NCBI RefSeq assembly: GCF_003945235.1
Contig: NZ_RSDW01000001.1
Coordinates: 3,030,001-3,062,000 of the forward strand
DNA: 32,000 bases
Direction: 5' to 3'
Source of the DNA: Edaphobacter aggregans
GTDB lineage: Bacteria > Acidobacteriota > Terriglobia > Terriglobales > Acidobacteriaceae
Numbering within the stretch: the stretch's first letter is position 1; every line of letters starts with the position of its first letter. Shown in pieces: positions 8,922 to 16,742 of the stretch. Under the pieces are notes generated by a model. The model did not search any database and had not been told where the DNA came from. It was given only the letters and a program-made list of their open reading frames with translations. Made by a program: the position numbers and the translations under genes.

Positions 8922-10355
8922 TTAGCTCAGTGTCTCCATCAGCTTGTTGATGGTACGGTTGAGATCCTTATCCGTCCGCCGCTGCTCATCGATCTTCGCA
9001 ATCGAATGCATGACAGTGGTGTGGTGCTTGCCGCCGAACTGCCGTCCAATCTCCGGCAGTGATGCCTCGGTAAGCTGCTTAGCAAGGTACATCGCGATCT
9101 GGCGCGGTACAACGATCTGGCGTGAGTTGTTCTTCTGCTTCAACTCGGCCACACGCATGCCGAACTGCTCGGCCACGGTGCGTTGGATCGTCTCGATCGT
9201 AATCTTCCGCACCTGCGTGTCGATGAACTGCTTGAGGCATTGCTGCGTGACCGCCAGCGTGATCTCGACGCCATGCATCGAGCACCAGGCGATCAGTCGC
9301 ACCAGCGCACCCTCAAGCTCACGCACATTGGTCCGCACGTTCGATGCGATGAACAGCGCCACATCGGTCGGCAGCGACGTCTGCTCGCTCTCAGCCTTCT
9401 TCTGCAGAATCGCAACCTTGGTCTCGAGATCAGGCGGTTGAATGTCCGCGATCAGTCCCCACTCGAAGCGCGAGCGCAGGCGGTCTTCAAAATCAGCAAG
9501 CTCTTTCGGCGGCCGGTCGCTGGCGATCACGATCTGCTTCATGCTCTCGTGCAGCGCGTTGAAGGTATGGAAGAACTCCTCCTGCGTCCGCTCCTTGCCC
9601 GCGAGGAACTGGATGTCGTCGATCAACAGCACGTCCACGTTGCGGAACTTGTCGCGGAAGCTGGTCATCTTGTCATAGCGGACCGAGTTGATCATCTCGT
9701 TAGTGAACTTCTCGCCCGAGACATAGCAGATCGACGCGTGCGGCTGCCTGCGCTTCACGTCGTGACCAATGGCATGCATCAGGTGGGTCTTGCCCATGCC
9801 GACGCCGCCGTAGAGGAAGAGCGGGTTGTAAGCCTTCGAAGGCCGTTCCGCAACAGCCTGCGCCGCGGCCATGGCGAACTGATTGCCACTGCCGATCACG
9901 AACGCATCGAACTGATAGCGCGGGTTGAGCTGCGACGCGGCATTCCAGTCGAAGCGAGACTGCTCAGGAGCAGGCCCTGTCGGAGCACCTGTGTTGAGGC
10001 TGCCCATGCGACTCTGTCGCGGCGCGTTCTGGCTGTGGCTCGGCACCGGAGCAAAGCCGCCGTCCTCGCGAACCTTCGGCGCGCGCGGATCCTGCTCAGG
10101 AGTGGTAAACGTCACCGAATCAACGTCGAGGCCGAGATTGTCGATCGCTTCCTGAATCAAATCGGCGTATCGATCGCCTACATGCTGGAAGTCGACGGAG
10201 GGTATCCGCACGAAGAGCTTCTTTCCCTCAAGGTGGGAGAATCGCGTTGGCTTCAACCAGGTCTCGTACGACTGCCGATTGATCTTCTTCTCGAGAGCCG
10301 CCAGGATGCGAACCCAGTAATTCAACACGGCCGTTGCCGTCGGAACGAATGACAT
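8922..10355 (-). CDS. dnaA: Chromosomal replication initiator protein DnaA
   Basis: Walker A motif YGGVGMGKTHL, an AAA+ core, and the C-terminal DNA-binding helix-turn-helix region GGKHHTTVMHSIAKI. Confidence 0.97.
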   Translation of the reverse strand: MSFVPTATAVLNYWVRILAALEKKINRQSYETWLKPTRFSHLEGKKLFVRIPSVDFQHVGDRYADLIQEAIDNLGLDVDSVTFTTPEQDPRAPKVREDGGFAPVPSHSQNAPRQSRMGSLNTGAPTGPAPEQSRFDWNAASQLNPRYQFDAFVIGSGNQFAMAAAQAVAERPSKAYNPLFLYGGVGMGKTHLMHAIGHDVKRRQPHASICYVSGEKFTNEMINSVRYDKMTSFRDKFRNVDVLLIDDIQFLAGKERTQEEFFHTFNALHESMKQIVIASDRPPKELADFEDRLRSRFEWGLIADIQPPDLETKVAILQKKAESEQTSLPTDVALFIASNVRTNVRELEGALVRLIAWCSMHGVEITLAVTQQCLKQFIDTQVRKITIETIQRTVAEQFGMRVAELKQKNNSRQIVVPRQIAMYLAKQLTEASLPEIGRQFGGKHHTTVMHSIAKIDEQRRTDKDLNRTINKLMETLS

Positions 10356-10742
10356 TCTTTATCTTTCCTTGTCTTTTCCCTGTTCCAACCCAGATGATCC
10401 GCACTTTCGAACACAGTTGCGCAAATAAAAAAATCTGCAATGGCAAACAGAATTCCTCGCCCGCCGGAGCAGGCTATCGAGACGAAATCTGTGTTGCCAG
10501 AATTCTCTCCGCTAGGCAGCTATTACGTGCGGGGCAGAGAGGAGTAATTCAACATAAGTCAGAGTGCGGAACAGCTGGACCTGCAGAAAAACGTCTTACT
10601 AAACGGGTTCGATGGTAGCACGGAAAACAGCACGTTTTTCAAGCCATTGTTTCAAAAAAATTAAGTTGCACCATTCACGGTGAAGAACGCAAAACCAAGC
10701 GCTCAGGTGCGAAAAAAATCATTCGAACATCGACACAAACCT

Positions 10743-11219
10743 CTATGCCGATGCGTTCTCTTGTGGTATCGGTGGCGAGAAGCGAAAGGCCATCGCGATC
10801 CTGTTCCATGCATTGATCGAAGCGACAGCAGCTGTAAGAAATACCAGTTCGCTCTCGTCGAATACTTTACGTGCCGCGGCAAAATCTTCATCTGCAACGC
10901 CTGCTGGAGTTACGTGAGTTAGCGCTTCCGTCCACGCAAGCGCCACCATCTCACGTGCGTTGAAGATGCCTGCATCGCGCCACACCGCTACCAGATCAAG
11001 TTTTGTTTGCGGCACACCAAACTTGCGTGCGAGGTTAAGATGAAACTGCACGCAGAAGGTACAGCCGTTGATCTGTGAGGCGCGAATCTTGATCAATTCA
11101 GTCAGCGCTTTGTCGAGCCCCGAATCACCCACAGCCTTGCTCAAAGCCGTCAGCGCTGCTCTTGCCTCCGGCGCAATCTTTTCAAACTCTGCAAACTCAA
11201 TCCGCGCATCCGTTGCCAT
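10743..11219 (-). CDS. Carboxymuconolactone decarboxylase / AhpD-like alkylhydroperoxidase family protein
   Basis: CxxC motif in NGCTFCVQFH, typical of the AhpD-like CMD family. Start trimmed to ATG 11219, preceded by GGAGAAGGA. Confidence 0.75.
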   Translation of the reverse strand: MATDARIEFAEFEKIAPEARAALTALSKAVGDSGLDKALTELIKIRASQINGCTFCVQFHLNLARKFGVPQTKLDLVAVWRDAGIFNAREMVALAWTEALTHVTPAGVADEDFAAARKVFDESELVFLTAAVASINAWNRIAMAFRFSPPIPQENASA

Positions 11220-11393
11220 TCCTTCTCCTTTGGTCCTAACTAGATTCCCAGGCACACCCGAGCGATGCAGTCGCGATTTAGAAGTGTCCTATTTTCATTC
11301 CCCACAATGTTCCGGCATTGCTTCTCGCTCGACGCTCCGCCCTCATCACTTTTATCTTGACCGAGAAACGAAGGTCGATCTACAACCGCATCC

Positions 11394-11936
11394 ATGCGAA
11401 ATGTCGTCCTTGGTCTTGGCATCAGCCTTGACGGGTACATCGCCCGTCCCAACGGCGCAGTCGACTTCCTCATCAGGCCCAAAGACTATTCCATGGCCCC
11501 CTTCTTCGCCCCCGTCGACACCTACGTCTTAGGTCGCAAGTCGCTGGACGCCGCCCTCAAGATGACAGGAGGCTCCCTCAGCGCCTTCACCATGCCGACC
11601 TACGTCTTCTCTCGTTCCAAACCACCTGGCGAACGCGACGGCCTCGTGTTCGTCAACGAACCGCCCGCCGGCTTCATCCGGAAACTCCGCAAACGCCCCG
11701 GCAAAGACATCTGGCTCATGGGAGGCGGCGAACTGGCCCGCGACTTCCTCAAAGCCGATCTTGTCGACCGCCTCTACCTCGGGATCGTTCCCGTCCTGCT
11801 CGGTGAAGGCATCCCACTCTTTCCAAGCGGCTTCCCCCAGCGCGACTTCAAGCTGCTCGAAAACAAGACCTACTCCAAAGGCCTGATCGCCCTCACGTAC
11901 GAGCGCTCCCGCACAAAGCCCAAACGAAAGTCCTGA
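11394..11936 (+). CDS. Dihydrofolate reductase family protein (RibD C-terminal domain type)
   Basis: N-terminus MRNVVLGLGISLDGYIARPNG and WLMGGGELARDFL are typical of the RibD_C/DHFR-like family. Confidence 0.75.
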   Translation: MRNVVLGLGISLDGYIARPNGAVDFLIRPKDYSMAPFFAPVDTYVLGRKSLDAALKMTGGSLSAFTMPTYVFSRSKPPGERDGLVFVNEPPAGFIRKLRKRPGKDIWLMGGGELARDFLKADLVDRLYLGIVPVLLGEGIPLFPSGFPQRDFKLLENKTYSKGLIALTYERSRTKPKRKS

Positions 11937-12053
11937 TGGGGCGAAGAGGCCTAAGCCCCCTGTGAAAATCCCGTCCAATCAGGTATACTCAGAGATTGTT
12001 GCAACAAGCCTAAAGATTCAGCAGGAGTTCGATCCTGCGCAGGAGTTTGTCCG

Positions 12054-12209
12054 ATGCCGAAGCGTACCTTTCAACCGAACCGCCGCCACCGCGCCAAGAC
12101 CCACGGCTTCCTTAGCCGCATGAAGACCAAGGCCGGGGCTGCTGTACTCAGCCGCCGTCGCGCCAAGGGCCGTCACAAGATCGCCGTTAGCGCCGGATAC
12201 CGCGACTAG
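12054..12209 (+). CDS. rpmH: 50S ribosomal protein L34
   Basis: Not in the ORF track because it is under 60 aa. Hand translation: [56 protein letters not shown] lies 8 nt upstream. Confidence 0.95.
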   Translation: MPKRTFQPNRRHRAKTHGFLSRMKTKAGAAVLSRRRAKGRHKIAVSAGYRD

Positions 12210-12254
12210 TCTCCTCACTGCGTCTCTTTCTCCGTAACCTTCGGTAAATAGACA

Positions 12255-12644
12255 GTGTTGCAGCAAGAACCCATCTCGTTGGAACTCGCGTGTGCAGCTC
12301 TCTCAGAGCTTTGGTCGCCGCGAGTCGTGGGTCAGGTCAACGATCAGTACATTAAAGTAGCGAAGATCCAGGGAGAGTTCCCCTGGCACCAGCATGACCA
12401 GGAGGACGAGATGTTCTTCGTTCTCCGTGGCCAGCTCCGCATCGGACGCTCCGATGCAGACGGCGGCCCCGTGTTTGTGCGCCCCGGCGAGTTCTTCGTA
12501 GTGCCGCGTGGCGTCCGTCACAACACGTCAGCCACAGAAGAGACCTGGATCGCCCTGATCGAAACCGTTAGCACGCTCCATACTGGCACCGAACAGACCC
12601 CGTTCACCCGCTCCATCGAAGAACAACTCGCTCCCAACCGCTAA
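12255..12644 (+). CDS. Cupin domain protein
   Basis: Cupin-like motifs WHQHDQEDEMFFVLRG and PGEFFVVPRGVRHN. The start codon is GTG. Confidence 0.7.
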   Translation: MLQQEPISLELACAALSELWSPRVVGQVNDQYIKVAKIQGEFPWHQHDQEDEMFFVLRGQLRIGRSDADGGPVFVRPGEFFVVPRGVRHNTSATEETWIALIETVSTLHTGTEQTPFTRSIEEQLAPNR

Positions 12645-12743
12645 ATCGTTATGTTCCAACATCTCGCCGTAGAGCGTCATTTAGGCGCTATTGCGGTTGC
12701 CATGCATGGGCAACCTGTCTCTCGAAAGGGTCAATCCAACCTA

Positions 12744-12786
12744 CTGTCAGCTTGGTTGAACGTCGACGTAACCGCCCTGCTGACAG
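12744..12786 (+). promoter_or_regulatory. Extended imperfect stem-loop abutting the SD of the small Q-rich ORF
   Basis: CTGTCAGC (12744-12751) pairs with GCTGACAG (12779-12786). Inner pairings are GGTT/AACC and the palindrome ACGTCGACGT. The 3' arm overlaps the first bases of the AGGAGA SD at 12785-12790. Confidence 0.4.
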
Positions 12787-12796
12787 GAGATGAATC

Positions 12797-12958
12797 ATGG
12801 AGAAACAGAACCAGCAAAACCAACCGAATCAACAGGCAGGCAAGCCCTCGCAAGGTAACCCGTTGTCCGGTAAGCCCGCGCAGCCGGCACAGCAGAGCGG
12901 CAGCCAACAAGGCAGCGGCCAGCACTCACAGACTGGCACTGGTACGAATAAGAGATAA
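12797..12958 (+). CDS. Small (53 aa) Gln/Gly/Ser/Pro-rich low-complexity protein
   Basis: Hand translation: MEKQNQQNQPNQQAGKPSQGNPLSGKPAQPAQQSGSQQGSGQHSQTGTGTNKR. AGGAGA lies 6 nt upstream of the ATG, and a hairpin follows at 12975-13004. It is not in the ORF track because it is under 60 aa. Confidence 0.5.
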   Translation: MEKQNQQNQPNQQAGKPSQGNPLSGKPAQPAQQSGSQQGSGQHSQTGTGTNKR

Positions 12959-12974
12959 CGATTGTTGATTCCTC

Positions 12975-13004
12975 GAAGGCCCGCTGACATACCGGCGGGC
13001 CTTC
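12975..13004 (+). terminator. Hairpin / weak terminator candidate after the small Q-rich ORF
   Basis: GAAGGCCCGC (12975-12984) pairs with GCGGGCCTTC (12995-13004) around a 10-nt loop. The downstream tract CTGTGTCTGGGCTTGTTTGG is only moderately T-rich. Confidence 0.4.
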
Positions 13005-13054
13005 CTGTGTCTGGGCTTGTTTGGCGCTGCCGTGGTCTGCATCTAAAGTTCCCG

Positions 13055-13426
13055 ATGGATCAGCCGATGGAAGCATCGATGGACCGCCCAGACGAAGCCC
13101 GCAAGTCGCCACGTCACCCGTGCTACGGCCCCATCGACTTCCGCGTCGACGACTGGCACATCACAGGCAAGGTCATCAACCTGTGCCTCGACGGCTGCCT
13201 CATCCGGCCACGACAGCGTCCCGTGTGCAGCATCGGCGATAACCTCGATCTCCGCTTCGAGGTGAACGGCCTCACCTTCCGCGCGCATTGCATCGTGCGC
13301 TGGGTAGGTGCGGATCACATGGTTGGCGTCGAGATCCTGTTACTCAGCGAACGCGGCCGCAGACAGTTGAGCGAACTGATCGATCAGCTTGCCTCGTTGC
13401 GGAAGCCGTCTACGTTACAGCGATAA
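13055..13426 (+). CDS. PilZ domain protein (putative c-di-GMP receptor)
   Basis: RxxxR motif (RKSPR) followed by a (D/N)xSxxG-like NLCLDG about 25 residues later. Start uncertain: ATG 13055 was chosen, and there are in-frame alternatives downstream. Confidence 0.6.
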   Translation: MDQPMEASMDRPDEARKSPRHPCYGPIDFRVDDWHITGKVINLCLDGCLIRPRQRPVCSIGDNLDLRFEVNGLTFRAHCIVRWVGADHMVGVEILLLSERGRRQLSELIDQLASLRKPSTLQR

Positions 13427-13469
13427 TCTCTCAACGAAACAGGTAAACTGGAAGTTCGCAGGAACTCCT

Positions 13470-13904
13470 ATGATGGCGCTCACCTTCCGCCTCCGCAAAC
13501 ACTCCGACTATCAGCGCGTCTACAAGGCCAGCCGCAAGCAGTTTGCGAAGCAGATGACCTACTTCTTCACCCTGCGCCCGCAACTCGGCCCCGACGGCAC
13601 GCCATTACGCGATGCAGAAGAGTCGACCCCTCGCGTCGGCCTCACAGTAGGCAAGGTGATGGGCAAGGCCGTCGATCGCAACCGCATCAAGCGCCGCATG
13701 CGCGAGGCTGTCCGCAGGAACATCGCTTCCCTCAGCCTCCCCGTCGACGTCGTGCTGCATCCACGCCGCAGCGTCATCGATCTCGACTTCACCGTGCTGG
13801 ACCGCGAGGTGGCCCAAGTCTTCCGGATGATCCAGAAGGCAGCCGAAAAACAGCAAGAAAAACAACAGGACAAGCAGCAAAACGCTCCCCCTCCGGCGTC
13901 ATGA
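13470..13904 (+). CDS. rnpA: Ribonuclease P protein component
   Basis: LRKHSDYQRVYKASRK...VGKAVDRNRIKRRMREAVR is the RnpA signature. Start trimmed to ATG 13470, which has AGGAA upstream. The unusual Q/K-rich tail is QKAAEKQQEKQQDKQQNAPPPAS. The stop overlaps the yidD start in ATGA. Confidence 0.9.
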   Translation: MMALTFRLRKHSDYQRVYKASRKQFAKQMTYFFTLRPQLGPDGTPLRDAEESTPRVGLTVGKVMGKAVDRNRIKRRMREAVRRNIASLSLPVDVVLHPRRSVIDLDFTVLDREVAQVFRMIQKAAEKQQEKQQDKQQNAPPPAS

Positions 13905-14191
13905 CCGACTCCCAGCCTACGCTCGCCGCCCGTATCGCCTTTCGTATCTATAAGTCTGTTCTCTCTCCGGTATTGCACGCCTTCAGCCCATCGCAGTGCC
14001 TCTATCTGCCGACCTGCTCGGAGTACGCCTACGTAGCGCTCGTCCGTTTTGGCCCCATTCGCGGCTCGTGGATGGCTCTGCGCCGGGTCGCCCGCTGTCA
14101 TCCATTCGCTAAAGGGGGCTTCGATCCTGTCCCCGAGCGAAACTCCGGTGCACCCCCATCCGTCTCCATTCATTCAGACCGTTTACCATAG
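13901..14191 (+). CDS. yidD: Membrane protein insertion efficiency factor YidD
   Basis: YKSVLSPVL...C.Y.PTCSEYA...G...G..MALRRVARCHPF..GGFDPVP is the YidD family signature. Confidence 0.9.
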   Translation: MTDSQPTLAARIAFRIYKSVLSPVLHAFSPSQCLYLPTCSEYAYVALVRFGPIRGSWMALRRVARCHPFAKGGFDPVPERNSGAPPSVSIHSDRLP

Positions 14192-14250
14192 AGAGTGCGC
14201 CTGCATTCTTGCGGCACAGCCTCGGTTTCACAAAGAATAGGAAGTTTCAC

Positions 14251-16044
14251 TTGGCAGAGTTTAAGAACCCCAATCAGCAGGGCGGCGGGCAGGACAGCCG
14301 GTCCTTCCTCGTCATGGTCGTTGTCATGGTCGCCGTCTTCTTCGGCCTTCAGTTCTTCCGCTCGAAGAACCCCCAGACTGTGACGCCCTCGGCGCCTGCG
14401 ACGACACAAAGCGCGCCCGCCCCGACTGCAACTCAGCCCGGAGCAGTTGCACCAGCCGTAGCAGCAGCCACACCAACTCCGTCCGCTGTGCCCGCCGTCA
14501 AAGCCACAGCTGAAGAGACCACCACCGTCGAAAACGAGCTCTACCGCATCACCTTCACCAACCGCGGCGGCCGTGTCGCGACATGGATTCTAAAGCAGTT
14601 CCGCGACAGCGACGGCCACCCGCTCGACCTGGTCCACCATCAGGCGGCGGAGCCCTTCGGCCACCCGCTCTCGCTCTACACGTACGAGCCCGCCCTCACC
14701 ACGGCGGTCAACGACGCAATGTACGTCCCTTCTGCGACCGGCAACCTCGCCGCGCCCGCGACCCTGACCTTCAAATACTCCGAAGGCAACCTCGAAGTCA
14801 TCAAGACCTTCTCCTTCGACGAGACCTACCTCCTGCACGCCGACGTTCAGGTCCTTCGTAACGGCACACCTGTTCGTGCGCTTATAAGCTGGCCCGGCGG
14901 CTTCGGCGATCAGGACAACGCACAAGCCTACGCAAGCGCTCAGCTCGACTTCTCGCGTGACGGCAGCTCAACCCATCTGGCCCCCAAGAAAGTCTCAGGT
15001 GGCGATACCCTCAACGGCCCATTCGACTGGGCGGGCGTCAGCAGCAACTACTTCGCCGCTATCTTTCTGCCCGACGCACCGGCGACCTCGACCGTCGCTA
15101 CCTTTCACAACCAGCTCGACGTAGCCAAGACCATCCGTCGCACCGGCCTGGGCAGCGGCTCGCCCGCTAAGGGGTCCATCGAGGTCTCGATCCTCGGCGC
15201 CGCGCTCGGTGACGTCAACGGCCACACCCAGACACGCGTTTACGTTGGCCCCAAGGCCGTCAACGTTCTCCGGAACATCCGCGCCACCGGCAGCAACGTC
15301 ACGCTGGAACCGCTACTCGACTTCGGCTTCTGGGGTCCGATCGGCAAGTACCTCTTCCTCGCGCTCCAGTTCATCCACACCCACATCACGTCGAACTGGG
15401 GATGGGCGATCGTCATCCTCACCCTTATCGTCAACACGCTCATCCTGCCTCTCCGTATCAAGACCATGCAGAGCGGCCTGAAGATGCAGCGCATCCAGCC
15501 TCAGATGGACGCCATCAAGGAGAAGTACAAGAAGTACAAGGCCACCGACCCCAAACGCAACGAGATGAACATGGAGATCATGAAGCTCCAGAAGGACAAC
15601 GGCGTCAACATGTTTGGCGGCTGCATCCCGACTCTCGTGCAACTCCCGCTGCTGTTCGCCTTCTTCAGCATGCTCCCCCGCGTCGTCGAGCTGCGTCACG
15701 CGCACTGGCTCTGGGTCCCCGACCTGACCTCTCCCGACCCCTTGCACATCCTGCCCATTCTCATGGTGCTTAGCTCCTTCCTGATGCAGTACTACACGCC
15801 GTCGCCGGGTGTCGATCCGCAGCAGCAGAAGATGATGGCCTTTACCATGCCAGCCGTCACCGGCTACTTCGTCTGGAACTACGGCGCCGGACTCGGACTC
15901 TACTGGGCCGTCGGCAACCTCTTCGGCATCGCGCAACAGATGGTGATGAACCGCACCTCGCTCGGCCGGGAGATGCGCGAGATCGCCGCCAAACGCGCCC
16001 GTCGCAAGGCCGGCGCACCGGCTACACTGCAAGGCAAGCGCTGA
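14251..16044 (+). CDS. yidC: Membrane protein insertase YidC
   Basis: Large periplasmic P1 domain plus the conserved C-terminal core (WGWAIVILTLIVNTLILPL, QPQMDAIKEKYK, GGCIPTLVQLPLLFAFF, YWAVGNLFGIAQQ). The probable start is TTG 14251 ((M)AEFKNPNQQ), with AGGAAG 7 nt upstream. The track start at 14209 is also TTG. Confidence 0.92.
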   Translation: MAEFKNPNQQGGGQDSRSFLVMVVVMVAVFFGLQFFRSKNPQTVTPSAPATTQSAPAPTATQPGAVAPAVAAATPTPSAVPAVKATAEETTTVENELYRITFTNRGGRVATWILKQFRDSDGHPLDLVHHQAAEPFGHPLSLYTYEPALTTAVNDAMYVPSATGNLAAPATLTFKYSEGNLEVIKTFSFDETYLLHADVQVLRNGTPVRALISWPGGFGDQDNAQAYASAQLDFSRDGSSTHLAPKKVSGGDTLNGPFDWAGVSSNYFAAIFLPDAPATSTVATFHNQLDVAKTIRRTGLGSGSPAKGSIEVSILGAALGDVNGHTQTRVYVGPKAVNVLRNIRATGSNVTLEPLLDFGFWGPIGKYLFLALQFIHTHITSNWGWAIVILTLIVNTLILPLRIKTMQSGLKMQRIQPQMDAIKEKYKKYKATDPKRNEMNMEIMKLQKDNGVNMFGGCIPTLVQLPLLFAFFSMLPRVVELRHAHWLWVPDLTSPDPLHILPILMVLSSFLMQYYTPSPGVDPQQQKMMAFTMPAVTGYFVWNYGAGLGLYWAVGNLFGIAQQMVMNRTSLGREMREIAAKRARRKAGAPATLQGKR

Positions 16045-16099
16045 CGTATCATGGAGATAGAATCAACAAACAAACTGTTTACAGATAGAAACGCAAACA

Positions 16100-16669
16100 A
16101 TGGAAGAGCCCGAATCCAAATCAAAAAAAATCGCTGACTTCCTTCAGACCGTCATCACCACTGGCGGTCTGAAGCTGAAGTACAGCATCCTTGCCAGCGA
16201 CAGCCAGACGCAATCGAGCGACCCCACCGCCCATATCCCCGAGATCCGCGTCGAATTCAGCGGCCCGGACACCTCCCTCCTGCTGGCCCGTAACGGCGAA
16301 CTCCTCCTTTCCCTTGAGCACGTCGCCGCCAAGATCCTCCGCTTCGAGCACGAGGAGCACGACCGCATCTCCTTCGACGCCGACAACTTCAAAGTCCTCC
16401 GTCAGCGCGAGCTGCAACTGGCCGCCGAAGTCGCGATCGAGAAGGTGCGTCACACCGGCCAGCCCTTCGCCTTCGCTCCCATGACCTCGCGCGAGCGCCG
16501 TCTCCTGCATCTCGCACTCTCCACGTCGGGACTGCCGACTGCGTCATCCGGTGTAGGCCCACGCCGCTTCGTCGTCCTCTATCCCGAAGGCCAGAAGCCG
16601 GTCGAAGATCCTGCACCTTCCACACCGGACCGCGTGCGCGCCATCCGAAACACCTTCCGCCGCCGCTAA
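16100..16669 (+). CDS. jag: RNA-binding protein Jag/KhpB (KH plus R3H domains)
   Basis: Sits directly downstream of yidC. The C-terminal R3H-type segment is PMTSRERRLLHLALS. Confidence 0.85.
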   Translation: MEEPESKSKKIADFLQTVITTGGLKLKYSILASDSQTQSSDPTAHIPEIRVEFSGPDTSLLLARNGELLLSLEHVAAKILRFEHEEHDRISFDADNFKVLRQRELQLAAEVAIEKVRHTGQPFAFAPMTSRERRLLHLALSTSGLPTASSGVGPRRFVVLYPEGQKPVEDPAPSTPDRVRAIRNTFRRR

Positions 16670-16684
16670 CGACGCACCCAATAG

Positions 16685-16719
16685 AAAAGGCCAACTCAAC
16701 CGAGCTGGCCTTTTCTTTT
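16685..16719. terminator. Bidirectional rho-independent terminator between convergent jag and the PEP-CTERM gene
   Basis: AAAAGGCCAACTC-AACC-GAGCTGGCCTTTTCTTTT. The A-run and T-run flank the stem, so it can terminate transcription from both directions. Confidence 0.8.
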
Positions 16720-16742
16720 GCGGCTATAGAGGGAAACGGAAT

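Noticed and set aside
12021-12041. GCAGGAGTTCGATCCTGC resembles a tRNA T-arm (GTTCGA loop).
   Set aside because: There is no acceptor stem, D-arm or anticodon arm in the preceding ~55 nt. The stem and loop lengths (6/6/6) do not fit the 5/7/5 T-arm. It sits in the rpmH leader instead.
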